Source: Camelus ferus
Lineage: Eukaryota
Length of the DNA stretch: 64,000 nucleotides
Assembly (NCBI RefSeq): GCF_009834535.1
Contig: NC_045697.1
Coordinates: forward strand, 58,592,001-58,656,000
Direction of reading: 5' to 3'
Of the stretch, positions 38,045-52,771 are shown in pieces. Position 1 is the stretch's first letter, and every line of letters starts with the position of its first letter. The position numbers and the translations under genes were made by a program. The notes under the pieces were generated by a model. The model had not been told where the DNA came from, ran no database searches, and was given only the letters and a program-made list of their open reading frames with translations.

Positions 38045-38461
38045 ATTATGGGTTAAAATGTGTCCTCTGAAGAGCCTGGTTGAAGTCCTGACCCTGTGTG
38101 AATGTAGCCTGACTTTATAAAAAAGAATCTTTGCAGACGTAATCAAGTTAAGATGAGGTCATACTGGAGTAGGGCAGGCCCTGCTTGACTGGTGTTTAGA
38201 GACAGAGACACACAGGGAAGACAGAAGATGGAGGCAGAGATTGGAACTATGTTGCCTCTAGCTAAGGAACTCTGGGGGCTACCAGAATTTTGAAGAGGCA
38301 AGAAAGGTACTTGCCCTAGAGGCTTTGGAGAGATTATGGTCCAGCTGACATCTTCACTTTGAACTTCTAACTTCCAGAACTATGGAGAGAATAAATTTCT
38401 GTTGTTTGAAGCCATTAAAATATGTGGCAATTTATTATAGCAGCCTTAGGAAGCTAATACA
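38045..38461 (+). mobile_element. MaLR LTR (MLT1A-C-like)
   Basis: TTTGCAGACGTAATCAAGTTAAGATGAGGTCATACTGG; AATAAATTTCTGTTGTTT; ends AGCAGCC...CTAATACA. Confidence 0.85.
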
Positions 38462-40609
38462 TGTGGTTTCAGAATTAGAAGTAAGAGCTACTATATCTCA
38501 ATACCAAAATTAGGGGATGGTTTACAAGATAAAATTTTAGACACAGTAGATGCTTTAAAAACATTCTGCCCTTCTTCTATTACTATTTATATATTATTTT
38601 CATTTAACATAAAAGTCCAATCAGGACTTTTAGGCAACAGAATTCTATGATAAAAATTTAATGATTCTTCACAGAAAAAGGGTAATATCTACTTTCAAGT
38701 CACACACACACACACCTCTCCTTAAACTGGTAAACACTTTTCCTACATGGCCCTAAAGAATTGGTGAGATTTTGGGGAAAGGCCTGCTTAAATTTTATAT
38801 TAGTATAATGTTTCTGCAGGACAATTGTCAATGAATATTTAAAAAGATGTGACAGCACTTTGCTTATTCATTAATTTAGGAATTTCATTACTTAGGAATT
38901 TAGTCTAAAGATATAATCATAGATAGGCATAAAATATATAAATCAGACAATTTGCAAGAATATTCACTGCAGTGCTATTTATCATATGAACTAACTGGAA
39001 TTATACTAAGTACACTCCATAGTATGAGATTAATTGAATATATTATCTATACACATACAAATGAAATGTATCAGCATTAATAATAATATAGAAAAATATT
39101 TATTGATGTACACTTTTTTCATAACCTATTTTGCAATTAATAAAATGTACTGTAAAAGAGAATGTATAATATAAACAGAACAGAAGGTTAGGTGTTTATG
39201 AACTAAAATAATAAAATAAAGTAATAAATAATAAAATAATAACATTTGTAATATCTGGGAATATATTAATATTGTTTAATTTTATTCTTTTTTACTTTCT
39301 AAGATGTTCTACATGAGCAAGTATATCACTTTTAATAGAAAAGACTCTGTATAGATATAAAATTTTGCAACCAAAGAATTAAAGAATCATTGATAAAATG
39401 ATATGATGCCAATAAATGCTATAAAAGTATACTGAACAGTATACATACATAAAATAGTATTGTTGGAGGCAATTGCTGGCAAGAACTGGTTTACATATCA
39501 TCATGTAAATATCTACACTGTCCCAGTTTAACTATGTTACTGTATCCCTATAATCTCTTCCAAGTTTCTCCCAAACTGCCATATCTCCCACAGAAGCTAC
39601 TGACTTCTGTCATTAAGGGTTAATAAAACCACTGAGCAAATTCTGGGTCATTAAATACAGCATTAAATAGAGTGGAGAGTGATAACCGTTAGTTAATACA
39701 AGAGAAGAGAAAAGTATAATGGGACACGGGACGTAGTCATGAGTAGTTTCTTCCTTTATCTCAATATAAAAAATGTCCAAAAAAGAAGAGGTAAGGGGGA
39801 ATTCCAGGAGAACCGATGCCTAAAAGAAAATGCTAAGAAATAAACTATCAAAACACAAAATTTTAATAGTTTATGGTACATAGTACATCTGTATATGATG
39901 ACTGCACCTGTCCACACAAAATTTTTAAAATGAATATAAACAGGAAAGCTGGCTTACTCTCTCCTTTTCTTCTTTCCTACTCTCCCTCATTCCTTTTTCT
40001 TTTCTAATGTTTCATGGGTAGCTACTATATGCCCATTAGTCTAGACACACAAATGTCCTGCAGGAACAAACAGTTCCGTTGTTTCTGACTGACATGTAAG
40101 GAATAACTGCACAGAATGCGGTTAAGTGTTACAGAGATATAAATGCACTGCAGCACAAGAGAATAAGGAAGCCGGTCAGAGAAGGCAAAGAAAACAGTTC
40201 AAAAGCAATGGATGTAGTTTGAGTCTCTTGGAATAACACAAACAAGCGATGAAGAGGTTTTGCAAACAGGCAAGGACTGTTGAAATGGATGTAAAGGCTA
40301 CATAAGTGGCGATCTTGAAAGCAGTAACGCTCAAACTATAAAATGGTGAGTATTGCCATTATTCACTTTTAGCCAGGGTCTTCCCAGTTTGTGGAGGAAT
40401 AAAGTAAATATATAGCCTTTAATTATATTTTTTTCCTGAAATCTTTTTTGACTGCAGTTGTTTTCGGTAAAACTAGCACACAATAAAAAAAGAAAGCAAA
40501 GATGAACTAGAAAATGCATAAAACTATGTTTCACATTTTTATGTACTTTTGAGAGGCACAGACCCTCATGAATTGATTTAGGCACAGTCTACACATGAAG
40601 TTATTACTG

Positions 40610-41057
40610 GATCTCATACTGGAGTATAATAGGATGAGGTTTAGCTGTTGGTGACAGAAATCCAACATAAGAGTGGCTAACTCAAGAAGTCATTTTATTT
40701 CTCTCTCATGAGAAAACAGGTTTCCAGGGCTAATATGGAAGCAAGCATCTTCTTTCATGTTCTTTGCTTCTTTAATACATAAAGTCTACTCTGTGATCTG
40801 CAATGGCTCCACTAGCATATTGCAACCAGCCAATAGAAAGGATTAAAAAAAGGGAAGGAGAATGCCACCTTCATTCAAGAACACTTTCCGGAAATTTCAT
40901 ACACCCACTCTATTTATGTACTACTGGCTAAGACATACCTTAGCTGCAAGGGAAAATCTCCTTCATCCCAGTAGCCAAGGGTCCAGCTAAAAACAAGGAC
41001 TCCATTATTGCAGAAGAAGAAGGTGAACAGATGCTGGACATCTAGTTGTCTCTGCTA
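40610..41057 (-). mobile_element. Old MaLR LTR (MLT1J/K-like)
   Basis: Reverse-complement MLT1 termini and CCTTAGCTGCAAGGGA motif. Confidence 0.55.
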
Positions 41058-43845
41058 TATGGATTTTGCATATCTATAAGTTTATGTCTTTACATTTAGA
41101 AATGACATCACCTTGATCCGATTTCTGAGAGTGAAGGAAATGAAACGATTTTATGACATGAAAAAGGATTCTGTCTCTCTCTGTCTGTCCTATCACACCC
41201 TTCCCACCTAGGCCCATGTTTTGAGAGATTTAATCCCCTGGTCTTTTTTATTCCCTTTTTCCATTTCAGTCACTCAATGCTTGTATAGATGAGGTAATAA
41301 TCATAAGAATTATAAGTTGCTTTTTTTCTTTCCTTACATGTGTTTCCTCATAGCCTCTTACTGAAAGCAATTTGTAACAGCCCTTATAGAACCAGTGCTG
41401 GAACACCTGTTTCCACAGCTTCAGTGTAGGCTACACGCATTCATGATTAGAAGCCTCCGTTTAGCTGGTCCTTTCAAGAAAATTCATCAGCTACTGAAAA
41501 CAGCAAATGATGCAGCTTCATACAAAACACAAACTGCTTTCAATTAGAGTTTTATAAAGTCATCTTCTAGCCTCAGGATTATGGCAAAACTGATGCATTT
41601 TATTCATCTGTGATCAATACATTAAAAAGATTTTGATTTTCTAAACAACACAGTGCATTTTTTTTTTTAAACCAAGAACACCTGAGAAGATGGCTCTTTG
41701 GCCAGCTGCTTTTTTCTTCCATGGGAGGATGACTCAACAATGTTTTTGTGCTGTATAACCAAATGCAAAAGAAAATCTATCTCACTAACCTTTTCAATCA
41801 ACTAGTTACCTAAATCTAAACTCTGAGAACACTAAAACAGAATGATGAAGACTTCTCAGCCTTTAGAGACATCCCTTTTGTTGTTCCAGAAGTGAGTTAT
41901 CTTGTAGATTAAAAATCCATTGGAAAAGAACAGAATGTAAGCTTGATTACATACTTACATATATAGAAAAATCCAAAGGAAACAAGAAAAGGAGGAAGTG
42001 GAGGGAGTAAAAGAAAACAAAAAAAATCCCCCTAACCAAAATATGATTGTCTTAGCTACCTGCAAACATTTACCTCAGTTCTCTCATATGAATAATATTT
42101 TAACCTATATAATTTATTTTCACATTTCTCTGTAAGTTGTTGCTTTTGGTATTAAAAGGTTTCAACTAGTGCCTTTTTTTAGCATCACTGTGTTATGAAA
42201 TTCTGTCATATATAGAAAAACAGATTTAAATTAGGCTTTGGGAGTTTGCCATTTCATAAAATTTTCCCTTAGGAGTTTTCAGCTAATTAAACAAATGATT
42301 GCAAAATACCCCCAATGTCAACTTTGCTGGCTCTTACCAGGGACAGCTAAAGCCAAATTTCAGGCATCTATCTCCATACAAGCTGGCTTCCTCACATGCC
42401 CTCTCCTCCTGGCACTACAAGTAGTACTATGATAGAAGTGTGTGCAAAGATAAGAGTAAAGTAGTTTAGGCAGCAAGGAACTCAAACTTTCATGAAAATA
42501 CCAAGCAGGTAGGAATAATTTCACTATTCAGATGATATTCAGCAATGGAAATTATTTTTTGCTCATGACAAATTATTTACTTTGTCCAATAAAATAATTT
42601 CTTCCATTCTACAATTTTAAAATGATCTTATGATTTAAATTATCCCATGGAGATGTTCCTTCCTCTTCACAAAGTTAATTTGTCCTCCTTGTGTGAAATA
42701 TTCTTAGAAACCAATCTGTTTTGCCTTCTTTAACTCTTTTTTTCTCATCTTTCATTCTCAAAATCCCATGTCGACTAGTGCTGACATGAAGTTCTGAGTG
42801 AATTAAGATGAACAGTTAGATGAAGAGGTAGGGAGAACAGAATATTTGAAAAAGAATTTCCTTAAGGGTATAGGCTACCCTGATTTAGACTTGAAAATCA
42901 TCTGAGAATATCTGTTAGGCCTAAGGATGTATATGAAAATTTAAGAAACTACATAATTTATATGCAAATACATAAGTGAGCCTCTAGCATATTGGAAAGG
43001 CCTGATGGAGGCCAACAATTCTGTTATGCCTAAGGATTTTCATATTTTGAGTTTTCAGATATTTAAAGGTTCAAACCAAGATTTTCATTGTTGTCATGGT
43101 TGTTTTTGTTTAGGCAAAATAGGAGAGAGAAAAAGGAGAGGCCCTAGTGAAGAAAGGAAGGGGAGGGGGTGTGGAAAGACGAGCTCATGGCTGCCTTTTA
43201 GGGAAAATGTGGAGTATTTTGACTTTAAAACTTATCCAGTGTACATTTTAGTTTTACACTGATAAAATACACCTGGAATTTAGTTACTACTCTCCCTTGA
43301 GATTAGAGGAAGCTTGAGAAGGAAATCTTTATTAGTCTTGGAATAGATAAAGAGAAGGGAGAAGGGAAGGGAGAATTCTAAAGAAAAAAATCTAAAACAG
43401 ACAAAAACCGTCTCCTCCTCTTTGGTTGAAGAGGAAATGTTCCCTGAAGTAGCATATTTTGATAGACTGTTCAGAAGCAGTAGAGATTCTTTTAACAATT
43501 TCCTGCCTCCAAATCCAGACATAAACTCAGGAACCTGGGCTGGTTTCCAAATTATCTGACTCATTCTTTTAGGGAAAAAGTCTCATTTTGAGAAGGGACA
43601 GCAAGAAAACTAAACAACAACAAATCCCTTTATTATAATCTCCCAAAGGTCCTAGCACAGTAACTAGCAAAATAAACACTGAAAAAAGAAAAGCAAAAAT
43701 AGAGAAGTTCAGTAGTGTTTGGTCAGTTAAAAAGATGGAGATACTGATTTCAGAAGAGTGAGTTCAGACTCAGACTCACAAAAGGGTACACTCAAAACGT
43801 ATTACTACTAGTCACACACAGTTAGAGCTTCCCTCTCCTTATACG

Positions 43846-44233
43846 TGTTAAAAAATAAAACAACATGCCCAAAATGGAGTGATTATGCTTAAGCCTCAGG
43901 TCACTAGAATGAGACTTAATTACAGTTTCAGCTTTCTGAGAAATGGAATCTTAAACCAGGCAATCAGGAATCACCTGATCAGCACCAGCTGGGCAATCTA
44001 CCTGATAGACCCCTCCATCCCCTAAAGGAAAGTAACCTGGCAATAACCAGTCTGCAGTTCTGCCTAATATAACTTCCTTGCTTCAACTCCCTTCTGCCTA
44101 TAAAAGTCTCTCATTTTGTACAGCTCCTTAGATCTCCTTTCTATCTGCTAGATTGGATGCTGCCCACTTCAAACCAATTTTTGCTCGGATAAATTCTTTA
44201 AATTTTTAATATGCCTCAGTTTATCTTTTAACA
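43846..44233 (+). mobile_element. ERV1 solo LTR (MER34-related) inserted in a MIR
   Basis: TGTTAAAA...TTTTAACA inverted termini; CAAAATGGAGT; CTATAAAA; MIR core resumes after it. Confidence 0.75.
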
Positions 44234-47200
44234 TGTGTAAATGGGATTTTATATCACTTCAGGTGTCTGTGAAAATTAAATGACACAAACTAGTTACTGG
44301 TTAATTCCTTTAAATAAAAAAGGTAGTATCATTCTGTGCTATTATATGAGAACCATGCTTTTACAGACAATAATTTTTCATGTGACTTATCTCCAAAACC
44401 TGTAACTGAATCAAAAGCAACCAATTAAAAAGAGAACCTGGAAGAATTATGACAATTAAAAAGAAAATTACCATAAGAATACATTTTACTGTTAATTAAT
44501 TCAATAATCACAATATAACTACAAACTTTACAGTTATATAAACACGAAGAATACCATGGGTAGCAACATATTTTAAAACTACTACATACAGCATGATAGT
44601 TTAAAATAGTCCAGCATATACCCTCTTCCTTCCTGCCCCACTGCCCCATTCCATGCTACCTACCAAGTCTCCTTAACAGAAAATCACCCTGTCAACACAA
44701 CCCTTTATGTTAAGTGATTCTGAAGATCATTTTGTATTAGTTTCACTGGCATTCAACTCAGATTTCTTAAAAGATCATTTCCATCTTCTCTAGACACTTA
44801 GACATACTAATGAGTTAGTCATAGACACAGTCTTTTTTTTTTTATTAAATTGAATGAACGCCCTTATCTCCTCCACAGTAGAACAGAACTAGAGGAAGAA
44901 ATTAAATGAATCAGCATCTTTAGACCTTTTCTTACAGATTAAAGGCACAGACTTTTCTTTAACTTCCAACCAGAGAAGTTATAGTTTTTCTTGTGATAAA
45001 CCTTCATTCATTAATATAACAGAATTGGTAATTCTTCAATTTTTCTACTGTAAGACATTGGACACATTTATATGTTAGATACCTATATCTATATTTAACT
45101 AAAGTAATTCAATTGTATGTGCTCATACGTATGTATGTTCTAATTTACTTCATATAAACAAAATTTGAAGTTTGAACAGAAGAATGGTCCTGAGTTTTAC
45201 CTGCATGACAGTCTTACATTAAATAAGACAAATACTTACCTACCATGAGAAATCTATAAAAATTTGTTTGTCTCCTTTTTAAAGAGCTAGGTTCAGATTC
45301 AAGTAATTTTAAACCACTGTACATATGTACATACACTTAAAATAGCTCTGTATTTTTTAGAAACTGTTCATAAGATTTCTTGTTTTAAACTTGATATTTA
45401 TCTTTAGATATAATGAGATGCTCAGAGTGGTTTATGAAGACATTTTTTCCATTTTCCCTTATGATAGAATCCAGCAAGTGTAATTATTACTACATGTCAT
45501 CACAGAGTGGTTTATATTTAGCTACAGCTTGGGGTCTGGGTAATGTGATCCATGGTACTGAGAATTTGATGAGAAACAAATTTTATCAACAACAAACAAC
45601 TCAGTTCTAAAGCTTACTCCTAACTGCTTATAGTACATTGTAACAAATAAAATTCAATACACTTTAATTTTAAAATTATAATGCAATGTCATCCTCCCAA
45701 CCCCCATCTCTGGGAAATAACTATTAAATGGTAACAGTGTGTGATCTGTTCTTCCTAGAAGGCTATCATGATTGTTATTTTTAAAAATTGTTTCCTAAGA
45801 GGTACTAGTATTTTGCTACTTTTATCATATTTTTTACTGACTATAAAATATGTGGTTACTGTTTGTAATCTTTTCCAGAGTCCCAGCCCTAGCGCTTAAT
45901 AGCTGCATAACCCTGGATGAGTTACCTCATCTGCTCTAAGTCTCAGTTCCTAATTTCTATAATGAGGATAAAGAGACCCACCTTCCCAAGTTTTCGTAAG
46001 AATTAGAAATAACCTATGTGAAGTACAAGTGTACCAGGCTTAAAGCTGCCATCCAGTCAGTGGTGACCGTTCTTGTTCTTATTTTATTTGCTAATAGCAT
46101 TTCTAAAGATATTTCCTAAGTCTTGGATTTCAATTTTGTTTCTATTATTCAGTATTACTCCTACAGTTACAGCTGGATAGAACTGAGTAAAGTCATATTT
46201 TAAATTACATGTTTATAAAGGCAAAGATTTCACATGACAGAATAAATGGAAATCACTTACTAATTTTTTCTTAATCGAGAACACATCAAAAAGTTCCAGA
46301 GAAGTAAATCTGTTTCATGATAAATACAGTAATTTAAAAAGGAAATCTTAATAACTAGTATAATAAGCATTCATGAATAATATTTTTATTCAAGGAAAAA
46401 TATTAGCATAAGGAAGACATTTGGGTTTTACATGTCTTTTGATTTGAAATTATGGGTACTTCAGATTCATATAGTTTTAAAATGCATAATGTCCTGAATA
46501 TCACACATTCAAATTTGATTGGTAAAATGAACAAGAGACTATAACATTTCATATCAATCATTTAACACTGTCTATTCTGAATCACATAATAAAAAAAGAA
46601 AACTCTCCAGTGGATTTTATAAAGGAAACAATGCACTTAAATTGTTTCCACTTGGCCTTTAGAACTCTATGACTCCAAGGTTTCAATTATTTTCACGGCA
46701 AAGATAATTCAGCAGTACATACAATAATGGGTTTACATAGTTTGATAGGAACCGAGTTATAGAATATTTTTCTCAGAGATCATAGAATTTTGGAGCTTTA
46801 ATGTAGTGAGTAGTTTTTCTAGTTTGGAAAATGAAAAGAGATTAAGTCATAATCTTTGTGAAAACATAAAAAGGAATAAAATCAGTTAAAGTGTGAATTC
46901 TCAAAAAATTATGTCATTTTTCTTTAGATTAACTATTTTTCAATCAATTTTTACAAACAAATCTAATTATTGTCCCCAAATTCCCAGCAGTTTAATGGCT
47001 CTGATTTAATAATGGTTCTAATTATACCCAAGAGGGAAAAGAAAGCTGCTTACATTTTGGAATTATTCCCTTTCTTGCTGACTGAAAGCGATTTACATTT
47101 TGTTGCCCCACAGCCTAAAATAGATGCTGTACCTTAAAGTTTTCCGTTAAAGTCAATAAAAGTTTATCGAATGACTGGTGTTCAAGGTAAGATCTGTACA

Positions 47201-47906
47201 TATCATTTATAGTCTTTTCATTGTGATAGTTTCTCTTTTCTTGTTAAACACTTAAAAGCGTTGTTCATATTATTTTCTTGAGTTAAGCCCATTTCAGTAT
47301 GTATGAAGACTAAAGCTACTTATTAAAATGGATTTTAAAGATTGTAATTATAGCTAGAAACAAAAAGGCAAAGTGTTCACTTCTGCACGTTTTTTATATA
47401 GAATAAACCAAGCACCCTTGTAAAAATTATGCTCGTTATGCTACATAAAATTGCAGGGTAGCTCGTATTTTTCCTACCACTTATACATCATGATACATGC
47501 TTCTATTCTCAACTAGTCTTGGCGTAACCAGCAAAAATAAAATAAATTTGAGGATACAGATACAAATAAATGCATTTTTCCTTTTAATTTCCAGATGGTC
47601 ATGTCTCTTAATGGTTTTCATTTTGCACACAAAAACATTCAAGATCTTGCCTGAAGACACTGCAGGAAATATATTTAGCTCTACACAAACATGATGATCA
47701 GAAAGGTGAAAAAAACAATGATTCTGGACAGTCAAGTGACTATAAAACCAAGTTTTCCAATAAGGTTCCAGATGATCTAGATTTTTGAAACGGTGGATCC
47801 AATGAAGCTATGAGAAAAATACGTATGAGACGACGGGGGGAAAAAAAAGTAAATGAACACAGGTCCCTGCCAAGTACCAGTCTATTGGTTTAAAATAGGT
47901 GCTCAG

Positions 47907-48646
47907 CAAAACATGGAAACAGCCTAAATGTCCATCAACAGGTGACTGGATAAAGAAGAGGTGGTATATTTATACAATGGAATGCTACTCAGCCATAAAA
48001 ACCGACAACATAACGCCATTTGCAGCAACATGGATGCTCCTGGAGAATGTCATTCTAAGTGAAGTAAGCCAGAAAGAGAAAGAAAAATACCATATGAGAT
48101 CACTCCTATGTGTAATCTAAAAAACAAAAACAGAAACAAATAAACAAAAAAACAAAACGTAAATACAAAACAGAAATAGACTCACAGGCATAGAATACAA
48201 ACCTTGTGGTTGCCAAGGGGGCAGAGGGTGGGAAGGGATAGATGGGATTTCAAAAATGTAGAATAGATAAACAAGATTATACTGTATAGCACAGGGAAAT
48301 ATACACACAATCTTATGGTAGCTCACAGAGAAAAAAATGTGACAATGAACATATACATGTTCATGCATAACTGAAAAATTGTGCTGAACACTGGAATTTG
48401 ACACAATACTGTAAAATGATTATAAATCAATAAAAAATGTTTAAAAAAAGAAATACTAAAAAAAGATTATAAAACTATAAATTCAAACTAAGAAAAACTG
48501 CAATAAAATTAGTTGCTTAATACATTTTCAGCACAGTATGTAAAAAAAATAAAACAAAGAGAACACTGTAAAAAATAAAATAAAATAAAATAAAATAAAA
48601 TAAAATAAAATAAAATAAAATAAAATAAAATAAAATAAAATAAAAT
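47907..48646 (+). mobile_element. 5'-truncated young L1 with probable 3' transduction and (TAAAA)n tail
   Basis: TSD AAAATAGGTGCTCAG at 47892-47906 and 48647-48661; L1 3' UTR ends ~48465, followed by extra sequence. Confidence 0.93.
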
Positions 48647-48650
48647 AAAA
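48576..48650 (+). repeat. (TAAAA)15 microsatellite
   Basis: Read directly. Confidence 0.95.
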
Positions 48651-51600
48651 TAGGTGCTCAGGTCTAGTCAGCTATCTAGTGCTGGATCTGACTCAGGGCT
48701 CTCCTATGTGAAGCTTACTCTGCAGGTTTTAGAATTTTTTTGCCAGCCAGCTAAGCCTTACTGCCAGCTTCCTCTTGATTCTGGTTACACTTGCCCAAGG
48801 GTCATCTGGAAAAGACAGCAGTCTTGATCAGTTCATTTGGGAAGCTTGCATCCCTGAAGTGTCTCAGCCAGAATCATTTGAAGTCACTTTATCATGAGTT
48901 TTCACCAAATAAACCTTAACAATATTATTTGGTTTGGTGGTTAAAAGATCATCTTATACAGCCTGGGTCCCTTAATGAGCTTTTTAGTTGTTCAAGTCTA
49001 TGTAATATTCTATGGACTAATATGTCTACTGACCACTGGAATCTTTAGAGAGTGGAAATCTGAGGCAGCTATGTCCATGCCAATTAGAAATGTGTAATTG
49101 TAGTAAGCCTTTGCAGTTGCATTCTTTCACACCACCAGAGCTTGTTAATTCTTTAAGATATTAGAATTAAATATCCCCCACTTAGCATCTTCCACTTACT
49201 TGTCCTTGATGACATATTTCAGTTGTGGAAGACATCCCTTCCAAAATGCGTGGTTTCTTTAAGTTTAAAACTTTAATGAAAAAGCTAATAATCTACAGCC
49301 ACCTTGTTTCCTGTCTCAGTGCTACCGCTCATTGCACTGAAAGCTGGAACTGGGTGGAAGGCAGGCAGGTTCATAATATTATGTTCCAGGTGGAACCTTC
49401 TTTTTGGCAGCTCCAGCCTTTCAAATTGCAAAAGGTAATTGTTACAAGGTGTTGGTACTAATGCAGATTCATCTCATACCATCCAACTTTGTCATCAGTT
49501 TGTTAGTATTTTCCTTTCTGTACCATTCATTTTTTTCCTAATCTGGAAGGTCCAATAATTATACTGATTGCTTAATAGTCTTTACAATTTCTTTTCCAAT
49601 TTACTGGGTCCTACCATCTCCCCATTCCTAAGGTCCTCAGTGGACAGCAGTTGAGACATCTCTCAAAGAACTTTTTCATAGACAGTAACTTCAATCAGGA
49701 GTCTTCATAAGCACTGAAGCTCTTTCTGAAAGTGATCCTGAAAACATTTCTTCTGTATTTTCCTAAGTTCAAAGAAGAGGGCTGGAGGGTTCTGCAGATG
49801 TCAGTAGGAACATCAATCCTAAACAAGTAAAAAGTACTAATTTCCTGGCTCTTATTTCCCTCAGCAATGCTCTCACAAACCTAAGCTTCTCTTTTTACTG
49901 TTTCTTGTTAACAGATCCTTCTGGTAGTGCCACAGTTGATTATGTATTTTGTCTACATGGTCCAATGGAATTTTATTATTGCTGTTGTTGTGGTAAAAAT
50001 ATATATAGGATAAAATTTACCCTCAATGAACTTTTAGATGCATAGTATAGTATTGTTAACTGTATGCATATTGTTGTATCATTGTAGATCTCTAAGGAAA
50101 ACTTTCATTTTTCCTAAGAGCATTGTCACTTCTTTAACAAAATCAAACTAAAGTTCATAAGTAAAGAAAACTGAAGAATTGTATTATTATTTTAAACAGA
50201 TATACACATTAACATATGGAATTTTATATCAAGTGTGATTCTCATTTACACTTTTCAAATTTCATAAATATAAACAATACATATATTCTAAAATCCCAAA
50301 AGGATATCAAATTAATTCTATGTGTTTAAAAAGGGGGCTGGTATTGGGAGAAAGAAATTTACAGTAAAAGTGACATGAATGGACCATTCATTTGTATGGC
50401 CACTAATTCTGTAGGGCAACTGATCATAAATTAAATGCCTGACAGTCAGTAATAGATGATTATATCTGACATAATGAAGTTATAATGAAGGTGTTCGCAC
50501 ACTGCTTGACTATTAAGTGCCCATTTATTGTCCCGGCACCAGGTGTGATAGTGATAGGCTATACAAATCATCCAGAAGAAATGTCAAAATTTGCTCCTTT
50601 GCTGATAAAGTACCACACATGTTTATTAATATAGCAGCTTGTCTTAGAACTGGCCCATCTGCTCATTCAAAACAATTCTTTTTCCTATAAATATTTCAAT
50701 GTTAAGAGTATGACCACTAGTAATAGTTTTAGAGTAATAGGAACGGAAAGAGACGAGGAGAAAAAGGAAAATAACTAGAGCTTAAATAAAATACTATGCT
50801 TTCTTTTACCTTCGATACATTTAACAGAAGAAGGGGCGGGGAGGTAGCTTTTACTGTGGCATTTGCCTTAGATCAGTGCTGCCTGAGTGTAGGCCACCAG
50901 ACGGGGTCCAGGTTTCAGCTGTTGCTGGTGTAAGGTGGGAAATGGCAAATTTCATCAATATTTTCAAAGTACACATTTCAGTAAAGTGTAAAACAAAGTA
51001 CTCAATTAAGAAATTCTCCAGAGCATTAATTCATATGTATTTAAACTTACCAGAAAATATTTTAGCTGAGTAGATTTTATAAAGAAAAATATACTACCAA
51101 TTTTTGGGGGGGGGTTGGTTTTAAAATTCTGAGGATTTTCTTCTAAAAACCCATGTTCTTTGAGATATTAACATCACATTCTTATATAACAGGAAAAAAC
51201 AACTGAAGAAAATTTGACTGTGTATCCTTTTTTTTTTTCAACTTCAAAAAATCAGAAGTACAAGGCTAAGGCATTTCCATCTGGTATTCCAGGTTTTATG
51301 CACTTGCAGTGCAGCCTGTATGCTCTGTGTTCTGTCTTCAAGAATGTTTTTTTCTAACAAAAAAACAAGTATGCCCTGAGGTGCCCTCTCAAATGAGCAC
51401 ATGCATTTGAAATGAAGAAGTACAAATGTTCAAAGAGTGAAACAAAGGAAAGGCACGGACCATTTGGTGACCAGAGGTGGTTTTCACTCTGTAGCCTTGG
51501 CTTCATTTATTCATTCATTAAAACCTAAATAAAGTCTGGCAGGCATGCCTTTCAGGTCCCAGGAAAGAACTTTATCAGACACAGTATCACATAAATCCAC

Positions 51601-52771
51601 TAGTCATACTCTTCTAAATAAATTACATCTTGGGATAACTAACCACCTGGTGACCAAAGGGCTAATTCAATTACTTGTAAAAGGCTAAAGGTCTCAGACA
51701 CCTCTGAAATTATTTTTCATATCTCCCACAGACTGAAAGGAAATGATTTCCAATCATATTTCATGTTACATGTATTTTCAAAGGCTTAATAATGGTTGAG
51801 CATGAATTTCTCTTGTCTTCCAGGACAGTATCAATATTTACCCAAATTATCAAAATAGAGACCAAGGCATTACCTTTTTTTTTTCTCTCAATAGATCCAA
51901 CCAATCACCATGTCGGATTAAGCTTTAACTGCAATGTCCATGAATCCATCAAGTCTTCGTTACTCCCACTGCTACTGTATTTAAGTTTGTGCTCTCAAGA
52001 ATCTTTCTTGAAATAGCCTACCACCAATTCTCTTTGCTCCCAATCCATCCTAAGCCCTGGAGTCAACATTTCTATGTAAAAAAGTGTAAGTATTAACGCC
52101 TTCTGTCCTCAAAGTCCTTTGTGGTTTCTATAGGATAACTGAACTGCTAGGTTTAGTACACAAAGATCTCAGCAACAAGCTCTTTTGCCAGCTTCTTTCT
52201 TCCCAGTTCGCACCATGTCAACTGTGGGCACTGAAAACTTTCCCAGTTCCAAAGGCAACGCAGACTAACCTGATCAATAGAGTAATAGCTTAGCAATCAA
52301 CAGCCAAGAAGAGTCTAAGACTATTCTTCTTTAACAGAATCAGTATGCAGTGTGCCCAGCAAGCACACAGCAAACACAGTGTTTTCACTGGTTATCTGAT
52401 AGCAGCTAATGCCCTTCTTCCCTTGGGGACTGTAACCCCTGAGCATTTGTTGGAATCCAGGCATGTGTTCCCTCAGGTACTGCTTCTAAAGGGCTCAGCA
52501 TTTAGTCCCAGAGCAATCTGAATTTGGCAGTTTCCAAATTCTTCTGCTACTTCTGGATCAGAGAAGTCATACATTACCCAAAGGCCAGTAATGTGGAAAG
52601 CATAAGGGAAAGAAGGAAAGAGAATCTTCGGAAAATTTAAGTGGCAGGAGGGCATTCTCTAATGAAATTTAAATAAAGGCCACACCAGTATGACTGAAGT
52701 TACCTCTTTCTATGCCATTTTCCACTCTGTAGCTAGAGTCATCTTTTAAAAGTCAAAATCAGATCATGTAG

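Noticed and set aside
47114..47186. Exon-like segment (CCCCACAG ... AAG|GTAAGA), with another acceptor near 47594
   Set aside because: Stops in all three frames and no recognisable product; it could be a non-coding exon but the sequence alone cannot support that.
48700..49900. Possible very old LINE or pseudogene-like stretch
   Set aside because: No motif could be recognised with confidence.
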